Positions 1 through 10,432 of a stretch of DNA of 64,000 bases are shown here, piece by piece. Position 1 is the stretch's first letter, and the number at the start of each line of letters is the position of its first letter. The position numbers and the translations under genes were made by a program. This DNA comes from Octopus sinensis (Eukaryota), in NCBI RefSeq assembly GCF_006345805.1, contig NC_043001.1:51274001-51338000 (forward strand). Reading direction: 5' to 3'. The notes below the pieces were generated by a model. It saw only the letters and a program-made list of their open reading frames with translations, searched no databases and was not told where the DNA came from.

Positions 1-1289
1 CATTGTGTGTGCATCACAGCCAATGTCAGCAAGGACTCTGTCAAAGTTCCCTTGCCTAATTATTTTTATGTTGCCAAAATTTGTGTCGCAGCTGTATTCA
101 CAACAATTTTTTGCTTTATAAAATTTACCCCCGTGAGGCCTTAAAGCAAGCTCAGATTTAGCCATTTGTGAAATTCCAGCAAAAATTATGGCTCCACATT
201 TTGTCTGCACAAGACAAATTTTTAGCTCAAAATGTTTTGTGATCAACTTTGATGATTGGTTGTGAGAAACTGTGCAAAATGCAAATGGTAGCATCTAATC
301 ATAGTGGCCTAACAACATAACATAAGCTTTGTGGCTTTGCCATTGTAAATGGCTTTTAATATGCAATGTAACTCATGAAACTATGGAAAATCATCATCTT
401 CATCATTTAATGTCCACTTTTTCATGCTTGCAGGTGTTGCATGGAATTTTGTTGAGGCAGATTTTCGACACCGGATGCCCTTCCTATTACCAACCCTTAC
501 CCATTTCCTAGCAAAATGATATTTTCTCACAGCCAGACATGTTTTTCACAGAAGACTGGAAATGCTTATTCACAACCATCACATGCTGTCTAGATAGGGG
601 TCTACTCACATCCCTACACACCCCACACACAATGGGCTTCTTTCAGTTTCCGTCTACCAAATCTGTTCACGAAGCATTGGTCAGCCTAGGGACTGAACCC
701 AAGACCACTTGGTTGGGAAGCAATCTTCTTAACCAAACATTGCAGACAAATCAGGTCTGCAATCATCTCATATGCCCAGATTACACACCTCTGGTGAACC
801 CCTTTGCTGTACTGTACAATGCCAAAGCAACCCATGCTGTGAGAAAGAAGGAAGAGGGAGTGCATAAGTTACAACCAAATGCTAAGTAAACTGCCAACAT
901 TCAGCACAAGGTGATGACAACCAGGGTAACTGACCTATACAGATGAAAAAGCAAATATATATACATATATATATATATAACTATATAGTTGCAAGTTATA
1001 TTACTATAGTAATATAGGGAAGCTTTTTTATTTTTAGAAAGGTATAACCTTTCTTCAGTTTTTTGTAACTGTGTTTGCCCTTTTTAATATTGTTGAAACG
1101 TATTGAAACATGAATCAATGTAAAATGTACTTAATTTTTCTAATGATATAATGTCAAAATAGAGTTTAGAAATTAGTAAAAAAAAACCCCAAAAACCCAC
1201 AAAAAAAACAAATTGCATACATTTAGAATTAGTAAAGGTCGGAACACCAACACAGCACTGCTTCTCTTTCTCTGTCCTTAATCTGTCCA

Positions 1290-1322
<33 letters not shown>

Positions 1323-1327
1323 GTCTC

Positions 1328-1390
<63 letters not shown>

Positions 1391-1573
1391 TTTATTCTCT
1401 CTCTCTTTTACTAAGCAGTAAATGAGTTTTGTGAGTTGGTTTGTTATCAAAACAGGATTGAAATTTTTCAAAAATAAAAAAGCTAAATTTCTGAAGTGTC
1501 AGGAAAGAATTTAAAACCACCTATGACAATCCCATCACATGAGTATGTATGGTAACAACCATTTGAGTGTTTG

Positions 1574-1626
<53 letters not shown>

Positions 1627-2468
1627 TATCTGTAACTATGAGAAGACTACGGATTGCATCAAACAAATAAAATGTAAGAAAATTAAATCTGAACAAATTT
1701 GGGTCATGCCATCGGGAGAGTAACATGCAGAATAAACAAACAAAGCAACATTCAGCTGAACTGATTAAACCTGTGGAAATTCCACTAATTTTACTAATAG
1801 ATAGATAGATACATACACCTCAAAACCAGAAAGGAGAAAGCTAATTTGAATACTACAGATCCAATCCATCACTGGGACTGTAAAAATCTGTGAAGCTTTC
1901 CAGAAGTTTATAATTTAAATATATATGAGCATGTCTGTATATGTAGCTTTATGCATGAGAATACATACATACATACATACATACATACATACATACATAC
2001 ATACATACATACATGCATGCATACAAAAATACCCTGTTGTTGATGTTGAAATTTCAATGAAGGGACCTTGGATCTAGGTTAGAAACTGGCTCTTTCTCTA
2101 TTGGCAAAAAGTTTTTAAATAAAACTGAATAATGACATATATACATACATGCATACATACATACATACATACATACATACATACATACATACATACATAC
2201 ATACATTTACACAAACATATGTGTAGAGAACTGTGTATTGGTGTATATGATGTTTGCAATGAATATTTATATACATACTCATGTATACGTTTATTCTTTC
2301 TCTTAACAATTTTAAACATTTTCCCACTCCCATATCTTATTTCTTCATACTTATGTTTTTCTTTTTTGTTCTCTCACTCCATGCTTTCCACTCATTTTCG
2401 ATCAAATCTCCAGCGAGTTAACTTAAGATCCCCTGACAACAATGTAACCTTCATTTAACTAAGGTATT

Positions 2469-2559
2469 TTCAGCCTGATGAGTAGCTAGTAGAGTACCCC
2501 TAGTTGAGTAATTGTTACTTCTGAGTTTTCTGCTAGCTAGGAAACATATGTAGCCTGAA
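2469..2559 (+). ncRNA. Type I hammerhead ribozyme-like motif with long stem II
   Basis: TTCAGC-CTGATGA-G-TAGCTAGTAGA...TCTGCTAGCTA-G-GAAA-CATAT-GTA-GCCTGAA. 11-bp stem II, palindromic stem III ACATATGT, 1-nt bulge in stem I. Confidence 0.65.
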
Positions 2560-3309
2560 TTTTACCTGCTCCATTCTCTTGATTTGGATTTTTATTCGCA
2601 CACATAGCAACCTTAGTTGCTACCCATGAACTATATAAATAAATGTTTTCATTTTATCGAATTTCTACAGACTGCTCGGAGCTTACTAACTTCTTACACC
2701 TGAATCTATGGATCTTACATTTACACACACACGCATGCATGCACACACATTTGTCTATCCTTATTTTGAGGGGGCAGCATGTTTCACCTTTGTATAACCT
2801 ACTACAGCTGTATGGGTTAGAGTACACGCAGTCTTTGGTCATATTCTCTTCTAATAGTGGTTTTGCTCAAAGGAGATATTTGCAAAGTGTTGTATTACTC
2901 TTGAATACTGTCCTGATGTCATATGGGCTGCATATCTTTTGTATCTTTTCGGAGAGGCCTTTCACATAGGGTAGACAGACTGTAGTCAGTTTATTATTTC
3001 GTCCTCTCTTTTCTTCATAATTAGAGTGGATAGTATGTTTTTGGGGTATTTGTTGCTTAATAGATTGTTACTTAGCTTGATCATGTCTTCGTGGTGGGTA
3101 TCACGATCGCTACTTATATTCTTTATTTGATGTTTTAGGTGCTGAGCAATCCTTCTCTTTACACTGAATGGATGATGGAAATTGAAGTTGAGGTATCGTC
3201 CAGTGAAGGTCAGCTTGCTGTATACAGATGTCCTGAATCCATACTTGGTGCATGTTATTAATACGTCCAGGAATGCTAGCTGATTGTCTTTTTTCTATTC
3301 CATTGTGAA

Positions 3310-3418
3310 CTTACGGCCATATCATGTTGAAAGCACTGGTTCTCGTCCGATCACCGAAGTTAAGCCTAGTTAATACTTAGATGGGTGACTGCTTGGGAAA
3401 CCTAGGTGCTGTAAGCAT
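3310..3418 (+). pseudogene. 5S rRNA pseudogene with a 10-nt internal deletion
   Basis: (C)TTACGGCCATATCATGTTGAAAGCACTGGTTCTCGTCCGATCACCGAAGTTAAG-[10 nt missing]-CCTAGTT...GGGTGACTGCTTGGGAAACCTAGGTGCTGTAAGCAT matches the metazoan 5S pattern. Confidence 0.9.
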
Positions 3419-3430
3419 CACACATTTTTT

Positions 3431-3842
3431 AGGTGCTGGAGTAGCTGTGTGGTAAGTAGCTTGCTTACCAACCACATGGTTCCGGGTTCATTCCCACTGC
3501 ATGGCACCTTGGGCAAGTGTCTTCTACTATAGCCTTGGGCTGACCAAAGCCTTGTGAGTGGATTTGGTAGAAGAAAACTGGAAGAAGCCCGTTGTATATA
3601 TGTATATATATATATGTACGTGTGTGTATATGTTTGTGTGTCTGTGTTTGTCCCCACACCATCGCTTGACAAACGATGGTGGTGTGTTTACATACCCGTA
3701 ACTTAGTGGTTCAGCAAAAGAGACCGGTAGAATAAGTATCAGTCTTCCAAAGAATAAGTCCTGGGGTCAATTTGCTCAACTAAAGGCGGTGCTCCAGCAT
3801 GACCACACTCAAATGACTGCAACAAGTAAAAGAGTAAAAGAG
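3431..3842 (+). mobile_element. tRNA-derived SINE, family A, full length
   Basis: Head AGGTGC(A/T)GGAGT(G/A)GCTGTGTGGTAAG with B-box GGTTCA(G/T)TCCC, central (TA)(TG) tract, (GAGTAAAA)n tail. Further copies at 5667, 62361, 63456 plus many fragments. Confidence 0.85.
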
Positions 3843-5294
3843 TGTATGCATGGCTTTATTAAGTTCACATGATCTAACAGCACTTGGACATCTTCCTGGT
3901 GGGGCCAGAGTATAAAGGTGTCATCAACATATCGCAGCCATAGGGTTGGTTTTAGTGGTGTTTATCCTAAAGCCAAAATCTCAAAGTATTCCATGTACAT
4001 ATTGGCTATTATCGGGGGTAATGGCGAACCCATAGCTAAACCTTCTTGTCGATATATATCAGTGTCCATACTGAAGTAGGTAGTTTCTACATAGAAGGTC
4101 AACATTTCCACCTGGTTTCTTATTGGTATACTAGTGCATTCTTTTAGAAGGGTGTCTGTCACTAGTTTTTCTTGAATCACTGATAGTGCTTCACCAATTA
4201 AGACTTTGGTGAACAGACTTACCACAACTAGACTCACCATCTGGTTGGATTCAATGTGGGTATCCTTGATCAATTCTGTGAAGTGGGTGGAATTCTTCAC
4301 TATGATGTTGACTTTCCTGCTAATGGATTGGTTATATCCACAAGGAAGCGGCTCAGTGAATGACCTATAGCTCACTATAGGTCTTAATGGAATACCATCC
4401 TTATGAATCTTAGGGAGAACGTACATGTGTGGTAGTTTACTGTAGTGTTGAGTCAGTTGTCTGTATTTCATTGGTGTAAAGTGATCCTTGTTCTTGATCA
4501 AGATCTGTGACAACTTCCTCTCTGTTTTCAGAGTTGGGTCTTTCTTTACTTTGCTGTAGCTACCATCACTTATAAGACTTGCCAATTTTTCAGAGTAGTC
4601 AGATTTGTTCATCATCACTGTAGAATTTCCCTAGTACCTATCTCACTTTCCACCTTAGTTCATCTCCCTGAGCTTTTGGTACCTTTATGGCTACCTCTTC
4701 AATAGGGGCTATTATGTCCAAGTATGGAATGTGCTTGATGGTTGTTGCAAAGTTGAGACCTTTGTTTCATAGTGCTTCTTCAGAGCTTTCTAGATGTCGG
4801 CTACTTACATTAATTATTGCTTTAACAGGTGGGTGACGGACTTCAGTCTTCATTCTCTGACCTTTGGGTTTCATAAACTTCTTAATTTGGCGTGTCTTCA
4901 CCATTTCAAATTCTTTCATGTACAACTTTTCTAGATCTTGTTGGATTCTCTTTATATCATCATCTCTGATTATTTTCCTAACTAATGAAGATAACCTCTC
5001 TTTGATTTCGTTATTTAGTTTATGTTTTTTCCAATGGTAATAATGGATCCTCTCACAGACGAGGGCATGTCCTGCCCTTTCCGCCACTCTTCTAGCTTTA
5101 TATGGATCCACTGGTGTCATTATATTTAAGCCAGGTGGCATTAGCTTTAAGTCTCTACATCTACACAGGAAAGTTAGATGGTTTGAAAGACAAGCTAGTT
5201 TTTGATGGAGTTTCTCTATATGTCTTCATTGAAGTCTAATGTCTGCTCCATACTGATTAGATAATACAGTTCTAAGTTTACTAATAGTTTCATG

Positions 5295-6185
5295 CTATTA
5301 TGATACTTGAACGAGCATATTTGTAAAGTACACCATGTATTTTAAAGTGATCTTTCAGGCTCTGTTTGTGTATTATATATATTTTAAAAACAATGACGAT
5401 GGACAGTAAGAAAATTAGAAAAAAATATTGTAAAAAAAATGTGAAAAAGGTTGATGCAAAAATTGGAACAAGATGAAGTAAAACAAAAACAAGAAAATTA
5501 AGATCCTTGTCCTCCCTGATTGAAGAAAACTCCTTCAATCAACTGGTCTAGAACAAAATAACAGAAATTATGTCAAAGTCTGCAATCAGGAAGAATCTTA
5601 GTTTTCTTGATTTCATTTCCTTTTTCTCATTCCATATTTTGCACCAAAATTCATCACATTTTTTCTGTAGGAGTGGCTGTGTGGTAAGTAGCTTGCTTAC
5701 CAACCACATGGTTCCGGGTTCAGTCCCACTGTGTGACACCTAGGGCAAGAGTCTTCTACTATAGCCTTGGGCCGACCAAAGCCTTGTGAGTGAATTTGGT
5801 AGACGGAAACTGAAAGAAGCCTGTCGTATATATGTATATATATATATGTATGTGTGTCTGTGTTTGTCCCCCCCCCCCAACATCACTTGACAACCGATGC
5901 TGGTGTGTTTATGTTCCTGTAACTTAGCGGTTCGGCAAAAGAGACCGATAGAATAAGTACTAGGCTTACAAAGAATAAGTCCTGGGGTCAATTTGCACGA
6001 CTAAAGGCGGTGCTCCAGCATGGCCGCAGTCAAATGACTGAAACAAGTAAAAGAGTATTTTTTCTTATTTACTTACAGTCCAGCATCATTGTTTTTAATA
6101 TATATATAATACATAAACAGAGCTGGAAAGATTGCTTTAAAATACATGGTGTACTTTACAAATATGCGTTCAAGTCTCATAATAG
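5295..6185. mobile_element. Foldback/MITE-like palindromic element interrupted by a SINE
   Basis: Termini CTATTATGA(T/G)ACTTGAACG are inverted. Arms pair over roughly 200 bp once the SINE at 5667-6056 is removed. Confidence 0.7.
5667..6056 (+). mobile_element. tRNA-derived SINE, family A
   Basis: Same head, body and tail as 3431-3842. Confidence 0.85.
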
Positions 6186-6230
6186 TAGGGAACTATTAGT
6201 AGCTCTGTCAGTTATGTATGTAATTTGATG

Positions 6231-6274
<44 letters not shown>

Positions 6275-6359
6275 ACACACACACACATCTCGTAATTACC
6301 TCACATTACTCAGTATTCTGTTTTAACACAACTTCCACGTTAAGTTGGAAATAAAGATA

Positions 6360-6394
<35 letters not shown>

Positions 6395-6396
<2 letters not shown>

Positions 6397-8716
6397 TCAT
6401 CATCATCATCATCATTTAGCGTCCGCTTTCCATGCTAGCATGGGTTGGATGGTTCAACTGGCGTCTGTGAAGCCAGAAGGCTGCATCAGGCCCAGTCTGA
6501 TCTGGCAGTGTTTCTACGGCTGGATGCCCTTCCTAACGCCAACCACTCCGTGAGTGTAGTGGGTGCTTTTTACGTGCCACCCACACAGGTGCCGGACAGA
6601 GCTGGCAAACGGCCATGAACAGATGGTGCTTTTACGTGCCACTAGCATGGGGCCAGGTGAGGCTGGCAACGGATACGAACGGATGGTGCTTTTATGTGCC
6701 ACCGGCACGGAGGCCAGTCGGGGCGGCGCTGGCAACGGCTACGATCGGATGGTTCGCTTAACCACAGCTGCAATTTCCATTGATGTTGATCGACTTCGAT
6801 TTTGGTTCTGCTTTCTGATATCTGATTTGATTTGGTTTGATTTTGATGTTGATTTTGATTTGATTTGATTTGATTTTCACTTGTCTCAACGGGTCTTCAC
6901 AAGTGGAGTTTTGTGTCCCGATTTGATTTGGTTTGATTTTGATTTGATTTGATTTTCACTTATCTCAACGGGTCTTCACAAGTGGAGTTTTGTGTCCCAA
7001 GAAGGAAAGGTATGTAGGCCACAGGTTATGTTCTCACTGATCTTGCCAGGTCTTCTCACGCACAGCATACTTCCATAGGTCTCGGTCTCTAATCATTTCC
7101 TTGGTGAGACCTAAAGTTCGAAGGTCGTGCTTCACCACCTCGTCCCAGGTTTTCCTGGGTCTACCTCTTCCACAGGTTCCCTCAACTGCTAGGGTGTGGC
7201 ACTTTCGCACACAACTATCCTCAGCCATTCTCATCACATGACCATACCAGCGCAAACGTCTCTCTTGCACACCACAACTGATGCTTCTTAGGTCCAACTT
7301 TTCTCTCAAGGTACTTACACTCTGTCGATTATGAACACTGACATTACACATCCATCGGAGCATACTGGCTTCATTTCTTGCAAGCTTACACATATCCTCA
7401 GCAGTCACAGCCCATGTTTCACTACCATGTAGCATGGCTGTACGTACACATGCATCATACAGCCTGCCTTTTACTCTGAGCGAGAGGCCTTTTGTCACCA
7501 GCAGGGGTAAGAGCTCTCTGAACTTTGCCCAGGCTATTCTTATTCTAGCAGTTACACTTTCAGCACACCCACCCCCGCTACTGACTTGGTCACCTAGGTA
7601 GCGGAAGCTATCAACTACTTCTAGTTTTTCTCCCTGGAACGTGGTAGAAGTTGGTCTCTGCATATTTTCAGAGTTTATTGCTCCTGAGCATCTGCCACAG
7701 ATAAAAACTATTTTCCTAGTTAGTCTTCCTTTGACATTACTACACCTCTTATGTGTCCATAGCTTACACTTGGTGCACCTTATAGAGTTTCTACCTATGC
7801 CTTTTTTACAGATCGAGCAGGGCCATCTACCTGAAGGCGTTTGTGATTGGTCTACCTTCCTACTTATTAGGACTTTGGTTTTGGCTAGGTTGATTCTAAG
7901 GCCCTTCGATTCTAAACCTTGCTTCCACACCTGAAACTTCTCCTCCAGTTCTGATAGAGACTCAGCAATTAGAGCAAGGTCATCAGCATAGAGGAGCTCC
8001 CAGGGGCATCCTGTCTTGAATTCCTCTGTTATTGCCTGGAGGACTATGATAAATAGGAGGGGACTGAGGACTGAATCTTGGTGAACCCCAACCTCTACCT
8101 GGAATTCTTCACTGTACTCATTGCCAACCCTCACTTTACTAGCAGCATCTCTGTACATGGCTTGCACAGCTCTCACTAACCATTCATCTATCCCTAGTTT
8201 CCTCATTGACCACCAGATAAGGAATTGGGGGACCCTGTCGAAGGCTTTCTCCATATCAACAAAAGCCAGGTACAGGGGCTTGTCTTTGGCTAGGTATTTC
8301 TCCTGCAGCTGTCTTACCAGGAATATAGCATCAGTAGTACTTTTCCCTGGCACGAACCCAAACTGCATCTCATCTAAGCTAACTCTCTCTCTAATTAGTT
8401 GGGCTATAACCCTCTCCGTGACCTTCATTACCTGATCCAGCAGCTTGATACCCCTGTAGTTATTTGTATCTAGAGCGTCACCTTTACCTTTGTAGCAGTT
8501 GACTATTATGCTGCTACACCAGTCATTGGGTATGACTCCTTCGTATATCACCTGGTTAACTATACGGGTGACTAGGCCATAGCCAACACTACCAGATATT
8601 TTGAGCATCTCTGCAGTAATTCCTGATGGGCCAGGGGCTTTCCCTGTTTTCATGCTTGTAATTGCCTTAACTACTAAGTTACTGTCAACTCGGATTGCTG
8701 GGCCCTCTGTTGGGTC
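6395..8716 (-). mobile_element. RTE-clade LINE, 5'-truncated (copy 1)
   Basis: ORF 7034-8653 with RT motifs, a 3' UTR with ~50-nt repeats, and a (GAT)n tail abutting (TA)n. Confidence 0.95.
7034..8653 (-). CDS. RTE reverse transcriptase (uninterrupted 539-aa stretch) with an internal C4HC3 finger
   Basis: NYRGIKLL, QFGFVPGKST, FVDMEKAFDRVP, LLYADD, FRYLG, RLRWYGHV, RGRPRKTW. Confidence 0.9.
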   Translation of the reverse strand: MKTGKAPGPSGITAEMLKISGSVGYGLVTRIVNQVIYEGVIPNDWCSSIIVNCYKGKGDALDTNNYRGIKLLDQVMKVTERVIAQLIRERVSLDEMQFGFVPGKSTTDAIFLVRQLQEKYLAKDKPLYLAFVDMEKAFDRVPQFLIWWSMRKLGIDEWLVRAVQAMYRDAASKVRVGNEYSEEFQVEVGVHQDSVLSPLLFIIVLQAITEEFKTGCPWELLYADDLALIAESLSELEEKFQVWKQGLESKGLRINLAKTKVLISRKVDQSQTPSGRWPCSICKKGIGRNSIRCTKCKLWTHKRCSNVKGRLTRKIVFICGRCSGAINSENMQRPTSTTFQGEKLEVVDSFRYLGDQVSSGGGCAESVTARIRIAWAKFRELLPLLVTKGLSLRVKGRLYDACVRTAMLHGSETWAVTAEDMCKLARNEASMLRWMCNVSVHNRQSVSTLREKLDLRSISCGVQERRLRWYGHVMRMAEDSCVRKCHTLAVEGTCGRGRPRKTWDEVVKHDLRTLGLTKEMIRDRDLWKYAVREKTWQDQ

Positions 8717-8925
8717 TCCCAGAAGTTCTGCATCATACTGCTTTTTTTAAAAGAATACACCTTTATTGATTTCAAAAACACTTTATTGAAATTAATCATA
8801 ACAAATGCTCAAATTGAGCACCAGCAGCAAAGAAACAAATAACATGCAGAAAAATATAATAAAATGAATTGCACTAATCATTTTTAATGAAAACCACAAT
8901 GGTGCATGACTTCTGGGACACCCTG
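8712..8925. mobile_element. Tc1/mariner-type MITE (~215 bp)
   Basis: Right end reverse-complements to TA-CAGGGTGTCCCAGAAGTC. Left end GGGTCTCCCAGAAGT overlaps the RTE 5' junction. Confidence 0.55.
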
Positions 8926-9344
8926 TATGTAAGGAAAAAAAGACAAGGTAGAAAATGTTAAAATTATTTTATCATGAAGTACATTTTAATACCAGTTTCT
9001 GACTTTTAGACTTTTCCAACTAAGAGTAAAATAAGAAAAACAATTAAATTGGAGAAAAGAAATTAAGTGAAATGTTTTGTAAATATTTCCATAGTCTTCA
9101 GAGAGTCTGTCTGTCTGTCTCTCTCTTCCTTTGTGAATGCTTGGTAGATAGGTAGTAGTAAATTTGAAGGGATAGTTTATGACTACAGAGAATTGATGGT
9201 TTAAGCAGGATCATCTGAGGGAGGAAGAGAAGTAGAAGAAAAAGAAAAGGAAGGAGGAGGAGGAGATGAAGGAGGAAGAGAAGTAGGAGTAGGGAAAGAA
9301 GAGGAAGAAGGAGAAAGAAAAGAAAAGAAAAGAGAAAAATACAG

Positions 9345-10432
9345 GAGTACTTTGACAGTAGATTGTTCGTGGAATCTTCTTCAATGGTCAAATTACCTAA
9401 AAGTGACCTGCTATGGTCCTAACAGTAGTGGTTGGAATTGTTCTAAATTCTTGTAGTAATTTCATCTGTGGAGGCATTCAAAATAGGTTTATATTTTGCA
9501 ATAAAATATGCTTCTTTGCTAATGCACTGATTATAGGTTACCTTGTCCCTGAATTTATAGAGGGGAGAAATTCTAAAGCTGGTTGTTCATTAGTGGTGCA
9601 AATATCGATGTACTCGCTTAATCCTATTTTTCTGTATTCTCATATTTTAATCTGGGATCTATGTACCACCATCCTCTGGCATAGATTGCTTTTAGTTTGA
9701 CTAATATGTTGTTCTCAACATCCTGAGCAAGTTAATACATATATTAGGTTTCCCAATGCACATGTGAAGTTGTTTTTCACTGTAAAACATTGACCTTGTT
9801 TGAAAGAGAATTCCAATTTCTCAATTAGGTTGGCACATATACCACAGTTAGGTCTTCTGCATTTTTTACTGTCGGTTTCGGTGTTGTTGACGAGTGTACT
9901 TGGCCTGTGTTAGAAGACTTTTCATTGTTAGAAGACTTTCCATTGACTTGGGCTGTCTTTTGCTCTTTATCATGGAGTGTGTCTGGAGGATTTGATCCAT
10001 TCTATGGTCCCTTTTTAGTAAAGGGATGTTGTCAAAGGCCTCACTGTTTAGGGAGTTGTGCGTGCATATGTATGGTAGGACTTTTGGTTGTAAATCCTTC
10101 TTTAGTTTGGGAAGTCTGAGTTCGTGGATATTGAGTTGTAGGGTATGTTAAAAGTCTATATCATTTAGTGATGGTGGATAGTTCCTGATGACGAGTGTAT
10201 CAAGGGATATTCATTCTAGTGTGTCTGGGGTGGCATGAATTGAATGGTAGATACTGCTTGGAGCCTGTGGTCTTATAGTATATGTCTGATTCTATTTTGT
10301 TGTTGGATTTCTTAATGAGGATGTCGAGGAATGGAAGTTGGTGGTGGCTATATTCCATCGTAAATTGAATGTTTACATCATATCCATTCAGAAGTGCTTG
10401 AAATTTTTTAAGTCTCTCTCTATACTTTCGTG
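9345..10432 (-). mobile_element. Penelope-like element fragment (RT C-terminus plus GIY-YIG), degraded
   Basis: IQFTMEYSHHQLPFLDILI...YLPFNSCHPRH (10200-10436) and NLIYVLTC...EQHISQT near 9690-9750. Confidence 0.85.

Larger units (their letters stand above)
2750..5290 (-). mobile_element. Penelope-like element (Penelope/Poseidon type), degraded RT plus GIY-YIG, interrupted at 3311-3842
   Basis: ORF 3962-4618 has LPKIHK...PLRPIV and GLAMGSPL. WLRYVDDTF near 3900-3930, then FTME...LAFLDV..., and an endonuclease remnant DCVYSNPYSCSRLYKGET near 2790-2840. Confidence 0.9.

Noticed and set aside
1-2400. A second host gene downstream of CFAP44
   Set aside because: Only short ORFs in repeats and microsatellites; I found no consistent exon chain or recognisable protein.
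9350-9395. Possible hammerhead remnant at the end of the second PLE (TTGAAGAA-GATT...AATC)
   Set aside because: The GAAAC segment is absent and the core is mutated, so it is too degenerate to call.
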